Positions 1-9,118 of a stretch of DNA of 64,000 nt are shown here, in pieces. This stretch comes from an uncultured delta proteobacterium (lineage in GTDB: Bacteria > Desulfobacterota > Binatia > UBA9968), in assembly GCA_963745835.1 (NCBI GenBank), contig CAVUZH010000019.1:486360-550359 (forward strand). Reading direction: 5' to 3'. The position numbers and the translations under genes are program-made. The notes beneath the pieces were generated by a model that had not been told where the DNA came from, searched no databases, and saw nothing but the letters and a program-made list of their open reading frames with translations. Position 1 is the first letter of the stretch; every line of letters starts with the position of its first letter.

Positions 1-1
1 A

Positions 2-1057
2 CCCTGGGTGACGGGTGAGGTCGCCGGGAGTTGCGTCGACTCACGCGACCACATCTTCACGGTCAATCGTGGTTACAACAACGGTCTGGTCTCGCCAGAG
101 ACACTTGTCGCAGTCGCGTCCCCGCCTGTCCTCGAGTATGATCCTCACGGCAACGTGGTGAACGCATGGGGTGAGGCGGCGGTTCTGCCGAACGGCGTCC
201 ACGGTTGCTTCGTCGATTATCAGGACAATGTCTGGATTGCCGGCAATGGCGATGGCATCGTTCAGAAGTACTCGCGCAAAGGCGAACTGCTGCTCCAGAT
301 CGGCACGAGGGGAGTCTGCGACTCGCCAACTGGTGCATGCGGCGCGCCGGGTTCTAACTCGAGCCCCACGCTCTTGAACCAGCCGGCCGATATGGCCGTG
401 GATCCGACCAACGGCGACATCTACATCGCTGACGGCTATGGCAACCACCGTGTCGCGGTCTTTGATCGCTCCGGCGCGTTCCTCCGACAGTGGGGAAGCT
501 CAGGCACCGGTCCGGGTCAGTTCGGGGCTGGCGGCGGTGGCCATCCGCATTGCATCGTTCTTGGCAACGACGGACTCGTCTACACCTGCGACCGTGGCCA
601 GGATCGCATCCAGGTGTTCGACAAGTCAGGTAACCTAGTAAAGGTCATTCCCGTGATCCCCGGAACCGGCACCCCTGGTATAGGAACAGCCGGGTCGGCT
701 TGGGATGTCGAATTTTCTCCCGACAGAAGGCAGGAGTTGATGTTTAACGCCGATGGCGGCAACGAGGTCGTGTGGACCTTCAACCGCTTGGCTGCTCTGG
801 CAGGCGGCGCTCTCACTGCGACGCCCGGTCAGGGAATCCTCGCCGGCTTCGGACGTCCCGGTCACAATGCGGGAGAGTTCACATTTCTGCATACCATAGC
901 GGCGGACTCGAAAGGCAACCTGTACATCGCCGAGACGGTCGGCGGCCGCAGGATCCAGAAGTTCGTGCCACGGCGCGGCAAAGGAAACGACCTCCATGTC
1001 TTCACTCCAGCCGGCAATCCGGACCAGCTGTTGCCTCATTACGATCCGGTGAGGTAA
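2..1057 (+). CDS. NHL-repeat beta-propeller protein (PAL-like), 5' partial
   Basis: NHL motifs (PADMAVD, IYIADGYGNHRV, PHCI, DRGQDRIQVF); the frame is open to the window edge. Confidence 0.85.
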   Translation, partial: PWVTGEVAGSCVDSRDHIFTVNRGYNNGLVSPETLVAVASPPVLEYDPHGNVVNAWGEAAVLPNGVHGCFVDYQDNVWIAGNGDGIVQKYSRKGELLLQIGTRGVCDSPTGACGAPGSNSSPTLLNQPADMAVDPTNGDIYIADGYGNHRVAVFDRSGAFLRQWGSSGTGPGQFGAGGGGHPHCIVLGNDGLVYTCDRGQDRIQVFDKSGNLVKVIPVIPGTGTPGIGTAGSAWDVEFSPDRRQELMFNADGGNEVVWTFNRLAALAGGALTATPGQGILAGFGRPGHNAGEFTFLHTIAADSKGNLYIAETVGGRRIQKFVPRRGKGNDLHVFTPAGNPDQLLPHYDPVR

Positions 1058-1120
1058 TCGGATCGCTTCGCCTGCCGGAAGCGAAGGCCGTTCCGGCAGG
1101 CCTCCACCTGGAGGTACGTC

Positions 1121-2512
1121 GTGATGGCATTTCGCCGCGGGATTCTGTTTAACGCACTTGCGCTAAGCCTTTATGTTGCTGCGGGGCTATGTCCGGTTGG
1201 GATTTCGCGGCTGGCGAACGCGCACGAGTTCACGATGGAGAGCCTAATCAATGCGTTCGTCAAGATCGACTCGCGCGAGGCTCATCTAGTCTTACGGTTA
1301 CCGCTCGAGATCCTCAAGTCGGTCAAGTTCCCGGTGAGTGGTCGCGAAATCGACCTCGCCGCTGCCGACTCCGCAATCCAGCAGGCGCTGACGCAGATCG
1401 GCCGCGAGATCACGATCTGGGAAGCGGGCCGGCCGCTGGTGATATCCCGTGCCTTGGGTCGCCTGACCTTGCCATCGGACCGCTCATTCGAGAGCTACCC
1501 GGATGCCGTCGCTCACGTTGCTCGGCCGATAACATCCGGCACGAGCATCTTTGTCGACCAGGGATACCTTGACGCCCACTTCGCGTATTCCATCAGCTCG
1601 CCGAATTCCCACTTCATGATTCAAACGGCGGTCGCGCCCGAGCTCAAAAACTATCTCAAGTTTGCGATTCGGTATCTGCCGCTCACTGATGAGGGGCGCG
1701 CGATGATGATTACGAGCCGTTCGGGTCGAGTCGCGCTCAACCCGACGTGGTATCAGGCTGCCGCCGGATTTGCGACGCTCGGGATTGTGCACATTCTAAG
1801 CGGCATTGATCACCTGCTTTTCCTGCTATGTCTTCTCATCCCGGTGCGACGCGTTGGCGAGATCCTGCGCATCGTCACGGCGTTCACAATCGGTCACTCG
1901 ATCACTTTGCTCGGCTCAGCCTACGACTTGGCTCCGGCGGGCGCGTGGTTCCCACCGTTGGTCGAGACGCTCATCGCGGCATCGATTCTGTACATGGCGA
2001 TTGAGAATATTCTGAGTGTCAACCTTCGCGGGCGTTGGATGATTGCCGCAATCTTCGGCCTGGTTCATGGCTTCGGCTTCTCCTATGGTTTGAAAGAGAA
2101 CTTACAATTTGCCGGTAAACATCTTGTGGTCTCGCTTTTCTCGTTCAATGTCGGGATCGAGATTGGACAAATACTCGTCCTCATCCTCACGCTACCTCTT
2201 CTTGCGCTTCTTCTGCGGCGCGTGCTCGTCGGACCCACTGGCATGATTATCCTTTCGGCGATCGTGGCTCACACTGCCTGGCACTGGATGATCGAGAGAG
2301 GTGATGTGCTGTGGCAAGTCGAGTGGCCAGAGCTGGATCGAGCCGGCATCACCATCCTCGCTCGTTGGTTGGCGGGACTTCTGATTGCGGGGGCCGCAGT
2401 CAGGTTTTTGGCAAGACGAATGCGGATCGCACGCCGGCCCACGCTTCCATCCCTCGAAGGGGGCGACTTGCCGGGCTCGCGGGAACGGCGTGGAGTCTCG
2501 GCGGGAATGTGA
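1121..2512 (+). CDS. HupE/UreJ-family membrane protein with N-terminal extracytoplasmic domain
   Basis: Signal peptide ending ANAH; motifs GIVHILSGIDHLLF, FTIGHSITL, FGLVHGFGF, FNVGIEIGQ. Confidence 0.85.
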   Translation: MMAFRRGILFNALALSLYVAAGLCPVGISRLANAHEFTMESLINAFVKIDSREAHLVLRLPLEILKSVKFPVSGREIDLAAADSAIQQALTQIGREITIWEAGRPLVISRALGRLTLPSDRSFESYPDAVAHVARPITSGTSIFVDQGYLDAHFAYSISSPNSHFMIQTAVAPELKNYLKFAIRYLPLTDEGRAMMITSRSGRVALNPTWYQAAAGFATLGIVHILSGIDHLLFLLCLLIPVRRVGEILRIVTAFTIGHSITLLGSAYDLAPAGAWFPPLVETLIAASILYMAIENILSVNLRGRWMIAAIFGLVHGFGFSYGLKENLQFAGKHLVVSLFSFNVGIEIGQILVLILTLPLLALLLRRVLVGPTGMIILSAIVAHTAWHWMIERGDVLWQVEWPELDRAGITILARWLAGLLIAGAAVRFLARRMRIARRPTLPSLEGGDLPGSRERRGVSAGM

Positions 2513-2518
2513 TCAGAG

Positions 2519-3547
2519 CTAATTCCCCAGCAACTTCATCATCTGTTCGACCACGTCCGGCGGCTGGGATACCACTTCTTTGGCGAGCTTGGCCAACTCT
2601 TCACCGCTGACCGCATCCACCGACCATCGCCGTTTCTTCAACTCTTCGAGAAGAGCGGGATCCTTTAGCGACTGTTCATACGCGTCGCGCAACATTTTTA
2701 TACGATCCGGCGGCACGCCCGGTGTCGCCACCATCGGTCGTCCGAAAACCGCGGGTGCGAGCAGCACCGTAGCCACTTTCCGGGTTTCCTCCGGTGTTTT
2801 CAGTTGGTCCATCAATTCATAAATGGACGGAACATCAGGAACCAGACGATCTCTTTTTTTTCCCGTCTGTAGTATTGGCCGGACAAAGCCTTTCTTGTGC
2901 CAGGTCAGAAACGGCTCGCGCGCGAAGTAGGTGCTGATCGTCAAATTGCGGCATTGGAGCTCGCCGCGCTCGATGCCGAGATCGATCTCGCCGCCGCCGG
3001 GATAGCCGCTGACGATGTTGAACTTGATCCCCAGCCCTTCGTCCAGAAATTTCGGCATGTAATAACCCGAGGTGCTGGTACCCGTCGCGCCGCATTTGGG
3101 CGGCTGCGCGGCCTTGCGCACATCCTCAATCGATTGATACGGCGTGTCGGTCCTCATGATCAGGATGAATTCCGTTTGCTCCGGCGTGCCGATCCACGAG
3201 AATCTCGCCCAATCGAACTGCACTTCGGGACGCTTGGCCAGTTGGTCGAAGTACATCGACGGCCCGAATGTGCCCAGAGTGAGCCCGTCCGGCTTCGCCA
3301 CGGAGTAAACGTAATTGGCGGCGATGATTCCGCCGGCTCCGGTCATGTTCTGCACGATGAACGTGGGATTTCCCGGAACGTACTTGCCCATGTGCTGAGC
3401 GAAGATTCTAGCCCACAGATCGTAGGCATCGCCGGCGAGATTACCGACGATGATGCGGATGGTTTTTCCTTGATAGAAAGGCGCCTGAGCGTGAACGTTA
3501 GCTATCGACGCCAGCAGAAATAACAGCGCGCAGACGAAGCGTTTCAT
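2519..3547 (-). CDS. Tripartite tricarboxylate transporter substrate-binding protein (Bug/TctC-like)
   Basis: FYQGKTIRIIVG, QNMTGAGG, KPDGLT, GYPGGGEIDL motifs; signal peptide. Confidence 0.85.
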   Translation of the reverse strand: MKRFVCALLFLLASIANVHAQAPFYQGKTIRIIVGNLAGDAYDLWARIFAQHMGKYVPGNPTFIVQNMTGAGGIIAANYVYSVAKPDGLTLGTFGPSMYFDQLAKRPEVQFDWARFSWIGTPEQTEFILIMRTDTPYQSIEDVRKAAQPPKCGATGTSTSGYYMPKFLDEGLGIKFNIVSGYPGGGEIDLGIERGELQCRNLTISTYFAREPFLTWHKKGFVRPILQTGKKRDRLVPDVPSIYELMDQLKTPEETRKVATVLLAPAVFGRPMVATPGVPPDRIKMLRDAYEQSLKDPALLEELKKRRWSVDAVSGEELAKLAKEVVSQPPDVVEQMMKLLGN

Positions 3548-3771
3548 CGCACCCTCCGAACTGCCTGATTAGGCGTGAGAACCCATCTCTCTATAAAGCG
3601 GAAACGCCGCGGATCATAAGGCGGTCGGAGCGAATGTGTCAAGCGAATGCTCTGCGCATGTTCTAGCAAGGCACCGTTTTCTTTGACTTGGATGAAATCA
3701 GGGTGATAGCTTACGTCCAACGAAAGTTTCTCAGTTATCGAGAACACAAAGGCGAACAGGAGGAGGCCGTC

Positions 3772-4821
3772 GTGAAAAAAACTTTATGCGCAATGCTGGC
3801 TACGATTTGCACAGTCGCCGTATCAGCCGGTTTTCCGCCTCACTCTGAAGCGCAGAGCAAGAAAGTCGTGGTTCAATTGGCCTGGGTCGTTGGCGGGCTT
3901 CATGCAGGGTTTTTCGTCGCCAAAGAAAAAGGCTTCTACTCCTCCAAAGGCCTGGACGTGAGCATCAACCGCGGCTTCGGCAGCGGCGACACCGCGAAAG
4001 TAGTCGCAACCGGAACCGCGCAATTTGGTGAAGTGAATGTGCCCACGGCAATCATCTCGCGTGGTAAAGAACTGCCCTTAACCGTTGTCGGTGTCATCAT
4101 CGGCAAGGCTCCGGAGAGCATCCTGTCATTTGCAGACAAAGGAATCCGCAAGCCCAAAGATGTTGAGGGCAAGACTTTCGCAGAGGCATCCGGAGCTGCC
4201 ATCATGGTGACCTGGCCCGCCTTCGCCAAGCTGGCGGGAATCGACATCAGCAAAACGACCCATATTCCGGTGGAGGCTGCTGCCAAGCCCGCAGTGTTTT
4301 TCAGCGGCCAGGTCGATTGGGTTCCCGGATTTCGCCCTGGCTTTGATGAACCGTTGATAATTCGCGCCCGGAAAGAAGGGAAAAAGCTCCATTTCATTCG
4401 TTGGGAAGACTTTGGCTGGAAGGTTTACGGCAACGGTCTCGTTGCGAATAATGATCTGCTCAAGCGGGAGCCGAAAACGGTCGCTAATTTTGTCAGCGCC
4501 ACCATGGAAGGCTATGCTCACGCCGTTGCGCACCCCGATGACGCGCTCGATATCACGCTCAAGGCCAATCCTGAACTGGACCGGGAATCCGCCCGCCTTT
4601 CGCTCCTTTTCGCTATCGACGCCATGATGACGACAGCTTCGCAGGAAAAAGGCTTGGGTTACATGGAAGAGGACCGGATGGCCTTTCAGATCAAGCTCAT
4701 GTCCGATCTAATGAAGATCAGTCCGCCCAAGGATGTGTACACTAATCAATTCATTAATAAGAAATCGGTTACGGTGCCTCCCGCGCTTGCAGCAGAACTG
4801 AGCAAGTTGCAGTCGAAGTGA
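3772..4821 (+). CDS. NMT1/THI5-like ABC substrate-binding protein
   Basis: GTG start at 3772 after AGGAGG; signal peptide; HAGFFVAKEKGFY, RGFGSGD. Confidence 0.85.
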   Translation: MKKTLCAMLATICTVAVSAGFPPHSEAQSKKVVVQLAWVVGGLHAGFFVAKEKGFYSSKGLDVSINRGFGSGDTAKVVATGTAQFGEVNVPTAIISRGKELPLTVVGVIIGKAPESILSFADKGIRKPKDVEGKTFAEASGAAIMVTWPAFAKLAGIDISKTTHIPVEAAAKPAVFFSGQVDWVPGFRPGFDEPLIIRARKEGKKLHFIRWEDFGWKVYGNGLVANNDLLKREPKTVANFVSATMEGYAHAVAHPDDALDITLKANPELDRESARLSLLFAIDAMMTTASQEKGLGYMEEDRMAFQIKLMSDLMKISPPKDVYTNQFINKKSVTVPPALAAELSKLQSK

Positions 4822-4954
4822 CAACGACGATAGTTGTCATTCCAGGCATCTGGATTACAGTGCAGCGTAGCGCGACCCTTAATCCGGCAGATAAACTAGC
4901 TAACCGCGTCCGCGGATATGTTCGCAAGTATGACAGTCGAGTAAGCTGCTAAAT

Positions 4955-6043
4955 TCAGCGGCCGCCGGCAAAAATCACCGCCAGCTCTTCTGGTGCGACG
5001 ACTTCGAGCTGGTCATACGTGCAGTCGCCCGGCTTTTTGTCCGTGCGCCACCTGCGAAATTGCGCCGTGTGGCGGAAGCGGTTGCCCTGCATGTGATCGT
5101 AAGCGACTTCGACAACCAGTTCGGGACGGAGTGGCTCCCAGGACAAATCCTTCCCTCCGCTCCAGCGACTCTGACCGCCGGGCATGCGACGCTCGGCATC
5201 ACCGCCGGTCGCTTCCTGCTCGGCCCAACCTTTCCAGGGGTGGGCCACCAGCGCGTTCTGGCGGTATGGCGCGAGAAATTCCACGAGCTCGCGTCGCTTT
5301 TTGTCGGTGAAGCTGGCGCAAACGCCGACATGCTGCAGCGTGCCGGTATCGTCGAAGAGTCCGAGCAAGAGTGAGCCGACGGCGGTGCGCTCACCTTTTT
5401 TGTGCCAACGAAAGCCGGCAACCACACAATCGCACTCGCGCTCGTGCTTGATCTTGAGCATCAGCCGCTTGTTGGGCTCATAGGTTCCCGAAGCCGGTTT
5501 GGCAATGACGCCATCGAGACCAGCGCCCTCGAAGCGACGAAACCAGTCCTGCGCCACCCCTAATTCGCTGGTTACGGGGGTGACGTGTATTGGCGGCGCC
5601 GCGGATGAAACCAGCGATTCGAGAATTCGGCGACGATCTCTGAACGCCATGCCGCGCACATCCCGGTCTCCCTCGGCAAGAATGTCGAACAACACGATCG
5701 ATGCCGGGATCTCCTGTGAAAGAAGCTTTACCCGCGACGCAGCGGGATGAATGCGCAGTTGCAAGGCATCGAAGTCGAGCGCGCCGTTTTGGGTGATGAC
5801 GATTTCACCGTCAAAAACACAGCGAGCGGGCAACTGCGTTCGGATCGGCTCGAGCAATTCCGGAAAGTAGCGGTTCAGCGATTTTTCGTCACGGCTCTGG
5901 AGCAGGATCTCGTCTCCGTCGCGAAACACCAGGGCGCGGAATCCATCCCATTTCGGCTCGAAAATCCAGTTTACGCCTGGCGGTAATTCGCCGACCCGTT
6001 TGGCAAGCATCGGTAAGACCGGCGGGTTCACGGGAAGGTGCAT
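4955..6043 (-). CDS. ligC: ATP-dependent DNA ligase, LigC-like
   Basis: EPKWDGFR adenylation motif, DGEIV, GLDGVIAK, SRWS..KDLSWEPLRPELVVEV, RFRH. Confidence 0.85.
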   Translation of the reverse strand: MHLPVNPPVLPMLAKRVGELPPGVNWIFEPKWDGFRALVFRDGDEILLQSRDEKSLNRYFPELLEPIRTQLPARCVFDGEIVITQNGALDFDALQLRIHPAASRVKLLSQEIPASIVLFDILAEGDRDVRGMAFRDRRRILESLVSSAAPPIHVTPVTSELGVAQDWFRRFEGAGLDGVIAKPASGTYEPNKRLMLKIKHERECDCVVAGFRWHKKGERTAVGSLLLGLFDDTGTLQHVGVCASFTDKKRRELVEFLAPYRQNALVAHPWKGWAEQEATGGDAERRMPGGQSRWSGGKDLSWEPLRPELVVEVAYDHMQGNRFRHTAQFRRWRTDKKPGDCTYDQLEVVAPEELAVIFAGGR

Positions 6044-6062
6044 ACTTAAATTTTATCAACTG

Positions 6063-6222
6063 GTTCCGGGCGTTCCAAACGTTCCGCAGGTTCCATAAGC
6101 GGTTGCGTTCAAATCGTTTAAGCTGTTCAAAGCCATCGGGTTCCAGTCGTTCCATCGCTTCGCTACGTTCCAAATGTTCCAGTCGTTCCAAACCTTCAAA
6201 ACGTTGCAACCATTTATTCAAT
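6063..6222. repeat. Degenerate ~9-nt tandem repeat (GTTCCANNC-like)
   Basis: Repeated gttcca/gttcaa units; similar tracts at 24364-24438 and 40905-40952. Confidence 0.7.
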
Positions 6223-6241
6223 CTCCAGCGGCACCGGCTGC

Positions 6242-7117
6242 TTAGATCGTGCGGGCGGCTATTTCGGCGAGGCGGTCCATTTGATCCAACTCGTCGGCGC
6301 AGGGCCGCAGAATGAATTCATCGACCCCCATGTCGGCCTGCCGCTTGATCGACTCTTCCACGGCGGTATCCGAAGCCGGCAAGGTACTCAGGCGCCGCGC
6401 CGCAAGGTCGGGATTGTAGCCGTAGTTTGCGTTGATATAGCGGCTCGCATGATCCCGAGCGTTGGGGCCGAGCGCATAATAGGTCGCGCCCACCCAACGC
6501 GGTTTTCCGGTGCGGCCCGCTTCTTGCCACGCGTCCTCGATCTGGTGCCATGTCTTGAGCAGGTTTTCCGGCTCGCCACCGCCCGGAGCCATGTAACCGT
6601 CGCCCCACTTGGCAATACGCTGCACGATCGCGGGAACATAACCGCCGATCAGCAGTTCGGGACCATCGGCGCGAGCTGGCCGCGGCCCGATGGCTCCGAT
6701 TTGATCTGACATTGCCGCGCCGGACCACAGCCGGCGGAGGGTTGGCAACTGCTCTTCGGCGCGGCGGCCGCGGCGATGAAAGTCAAACCCTGTGGCAAGA
6801 TAATCGTTGTCGCGCACGCCAATGCCGATGCCGAGAGTGAGCCGGCCGCCTGAAAGCACATCGATCGTCGCGGCCTGACGGGCAAGCAACGTGGTTTCAC
6901 GCGTCGGCCCAATCACGACGCTCGTCATCAAACCTATACGTTGGGTCGCTCCGGCGGCCATCGCCAGGACCGTAAGCGGCTCGAGTGACTGGGAAACCAC
7001 TCGATCGGTGACCACGACACTCGAAAAGGGCCCGCGGTCCGCGCGGGTGATCCATTCGAGCATCACTGCGCCGGAAGCGGAGGATACTCGACTCGGTAAC
7101 CCTATGGCGATGCGCAT
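6242..7117 (-). CDS. LLM-class flavin-dependent oxidoreductase
   Basis: EPLTVLAMAAGATQRIGL, LARQAATIDVLSGGRLTLGIG. Confidence 0.9.
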   Translation of the reverse strand: MRIAIGLPSRVSSASGAVMLEWITRADRGPFSSVVVTDRVVSQSLEPLTVLAMAAGATQRIGLMTSVVIGPTRETTLLARQAATIDVLSGGRLTLGIGIGVRDNDYLATGFDFHRRGRRAEEQLPTLRRLWSGAAMSDQIGAIGPRPARADGPELLIGGYVPAIVQRIAKWGDGYMAPGGGEPENLLKTWHQIEDAWQEAGRTGKPRWVGATYYALGPNARDHASRYINANYGYNPDLAARRLSTLPASDTAVEESIKRQADMGVDEFILRPCADELDQMDRLAEIAARTI

Positions 7118-7175
7118 AATTTCCTCCGTGATCTGAATATCGCTGGAAGCGGTCCGAACCCGACGCCTACTTTGA

Positions 7176-7523
7176 TCAACTCTCGGCAGCTAACAACGTT
7201 CCGAGTTTTTCCAAAACCTCATCTGTCGTTTTTCGCGGCAGTTTGCATATAAACTCCGCTTTTCGAACGCGCCAATCGAGATTTTTCACCTGATCGGCAA
7301 GAACCACTCCGGCGAGCTTTGATCCGGAAGGAATCGCCACCTCGAACGGATACCCTTTTGTCTGGCTTGTGATCGGACACAGGATCGCTAGGCCGACCTT
7401 ACCGTTGTAAGCAGAAGGAGAAAGAACCAGTGCAGGACGGCGCCCCGCTTGCTCGTGCCCCGCCTGTGGATTAAGCGTGATCCAAACCACCTCGCCGCGG
7501 GCGGGAACGTATCGTCGAGCCAT
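7176..7523 (-). CDS. mazF: MazF/PemK endoribonuclease toxin
   Basis: PQAGHEQAGRRPALVLSP..YN, CPITSQ.KGYPFEV, DQVKNLDW; TGATG coupling to mazE. Confidence 0.95.
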   Translation of the reverse strand: MARRYVPARGEVVWITLNPQAGHEQAGRRPALVLSPSAYNGKVGLAILCPITSQTKGYPFEVAIPSGSKLAGVVLADQVKNLDWRVRKAEFICKLPRKTTDEVLEKLGTLLAAES

Positions 7524-7765
7524 CACCAAATCTCGCCGCCTGCAGGCCGACCAAAATCAATTTCCCGATGCAGGTTCTTTTTATTCACCTTCGCTAAGAG
7601 TTCATTGAGGGAGAATTTTCTTTGTTCGACCGGAGTGGCCACAACCTTTCCACCGGATACCGCTAAATTTAAAACGGTTCCCTCCCTAACCTCGGCATCT
7701 TTAGCTAAGGGTTTAGGAATTCTCACAGCTAGGCTATTCCCCCATTTTTGGACTCGGACGTGCAT
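7523..7765 (-). CDS. mazE: MazE (AbrB/SpoVT) antitoxin
   Basis: VQKWGNSLAVRIPK; C-terminal EIDFG...GGEIW. Confidence 0.95.
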   Translation of the reverse strand: MHVRVQKWGNSLAVRIPKPLAKDAEVREGTVLNLAVSGGKVVATPVEQRKFSLNELLAKVNKKNLHREIDFGRPAGGEIW

Positions 7766-7985
7766 GACAGACCTCCCAATGGTTTCTACAATGAAGATAC
7801 AATTGTAACCTGCTTGGCGTCAAGTTTGGCTGGCGTTGCCGCTGAGGAACTATCCTTGTGCACGGTTGCGACACAATAAGGATAGTGCTCCATTGCCGTC
7901 GAGGCGCTTGGAAAGCACCCGGCAAAATAGCAAGATGGGATGCGCCGAGACTTTTGCAGGAGACACGTAACTTGGTGGAGGCTTT

Positions 7986-8966
7986 ATGATCCCAATGATG
8001 AATACGTACGACACGATTCGCACGAGTTTGCACTTCAATAAGTTCGTGGTCGGGGAGCTGCTTTTCGTCGAATACAAGTGCCCGATTGAACAGGAAGCCG
8101 CCGGCGTGTGGACGCCGATGGATTATTTTGTTCATGTGCTGAGCGGCAAAAAAACCTGGCGCACTACTGACGGAACTTGGATAGCAGAAAAGGGCCAGAC
8201 TTTGTTTTTCAAGAAAGGCGCCGCCGTTGTCTACCAGGATTTCAAGGACGATTTCTGCGTTTTGGTGTTTTTCGTTTCGGATAATTTCATCCGGGATGTT
8301 GTCAGAGAAGTTTCCGGTCAATTGAGCAGCCGGCGCGACGCCAACGCGCTTCAAAAAGCCGCGATTCTAATCAATGCCGATGTGACTTTGGCCGCCTATT
8401 TTCAATCCATGCTGGCCTATTTCACTGGGACGGCAAAGCCGGCCGAAACTTTGTTGACGCTCAAGCTCAAGGAATTGATCGTGAGCATACTTTTGGGGGG
8501 CAGGAATCCCGAGCTCGCCGGTTACTTTCAATCGCTGCTCAAAAGCGATGCCCCTGTGCTGTCGCAAATCATGGAGGCGAATTTTTCTTACAATCTGGCG
8601 CTGGAAGATTTCGCAAGATTATCCCATCGCAGCCTGTCGACGTTCAAACGCGACTTCCGCAAGTACTACAACCAATCCCCGGGCAAGTGGCTATTGCAAA
8701 AGCGACTGGACTATTCAGCCGTGCTGTTAAAAAATCCCGCGCTCAACGTTTCGCAAGTCGCCTTGGATTGCGGCTTCGAAGACCTCTCGCATTTCAGCCG
8801 GGCGTTCAAAGAAAAATTCGGCACCTCCCCGGCGCATTACCGTAAAGAAATTCCTGGTCGTGGCGTCTCGCGGCTTAGTGAAACAGACCTCTTGCAGGCT
8901 GCTCAAAAAGATCCAGAGGCGAGGCCCGCGAAGATCGATAAGCGGAGGCGTGCTCTTGCACGTTGA
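7986..8966 (+). CDS. AraC-family transcriptional regulator
   Basis: SLSTFKRDF and VALDCGFEDLSHFSRAFKEKFG HTHs; the last ~24 codons come from a MITE-like repeat. Confidence 0.9.
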   Translation: MIPMMNTYDTIRTSLHFNKFVVGELLFVEYKCPIEQEAAGVWTPMDYFVHVLSGKKTWRTTDGTWIAEKGQTLFFKKGAAVVYQDFKDDFCVLVFFVSDNFIRDVVREVSGQLSSRRDANALQKAAILINADVTLAAYFQSMLAYFTGTAKPAETLLTLKLKELIVSILLGGRNPELAGYFQSLLKSDAPVLSQIMEANFSYNLALEDFARLSHRSLSTFKRDFRKYYNQSPGKWLLQKRLDYSAVLLKNPALNVSQVALDCGFEDLSHFSRAFKEKFGTSPAHYRKEIPGRGVSRLSETDLLQAAQKDPEARPAKIDKRRRALAR

Positions 8967-9017
8967 CGCGCAATCGGTCGAGAGCAACGAAGCCTATGGG
9001 CTTTTTCAGCAACCTGC
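8894..9017 (+). mobile_element. MITE-like repeat, copy 1
   Basis: TIRs GCAGGCTGCTCAAAAAG / CTTTTTCAGCAACCTGC (15/17); internal gcaacgaagc shared with other copies. Confidence 0.75.
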
Positions 9018-9118
9018 TGGAAAGAGCCGCTCAGTCAAACATCTGGCCTCTCAAACAAAGCATCTTTCTCTGCCCCGCTTTATCTTTGGCAGCAGAATAA
9101 ATCTTTAAGGAGCCAATT

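Noticed and set aside
5889-6221. 110-aa ORF with LERLE repeats, or a possible CRISPR array
   Set aside because: It is the translation of a degenerate 9-mer DNA tract. There are no constant repeats with unique spacers and no cas genes.
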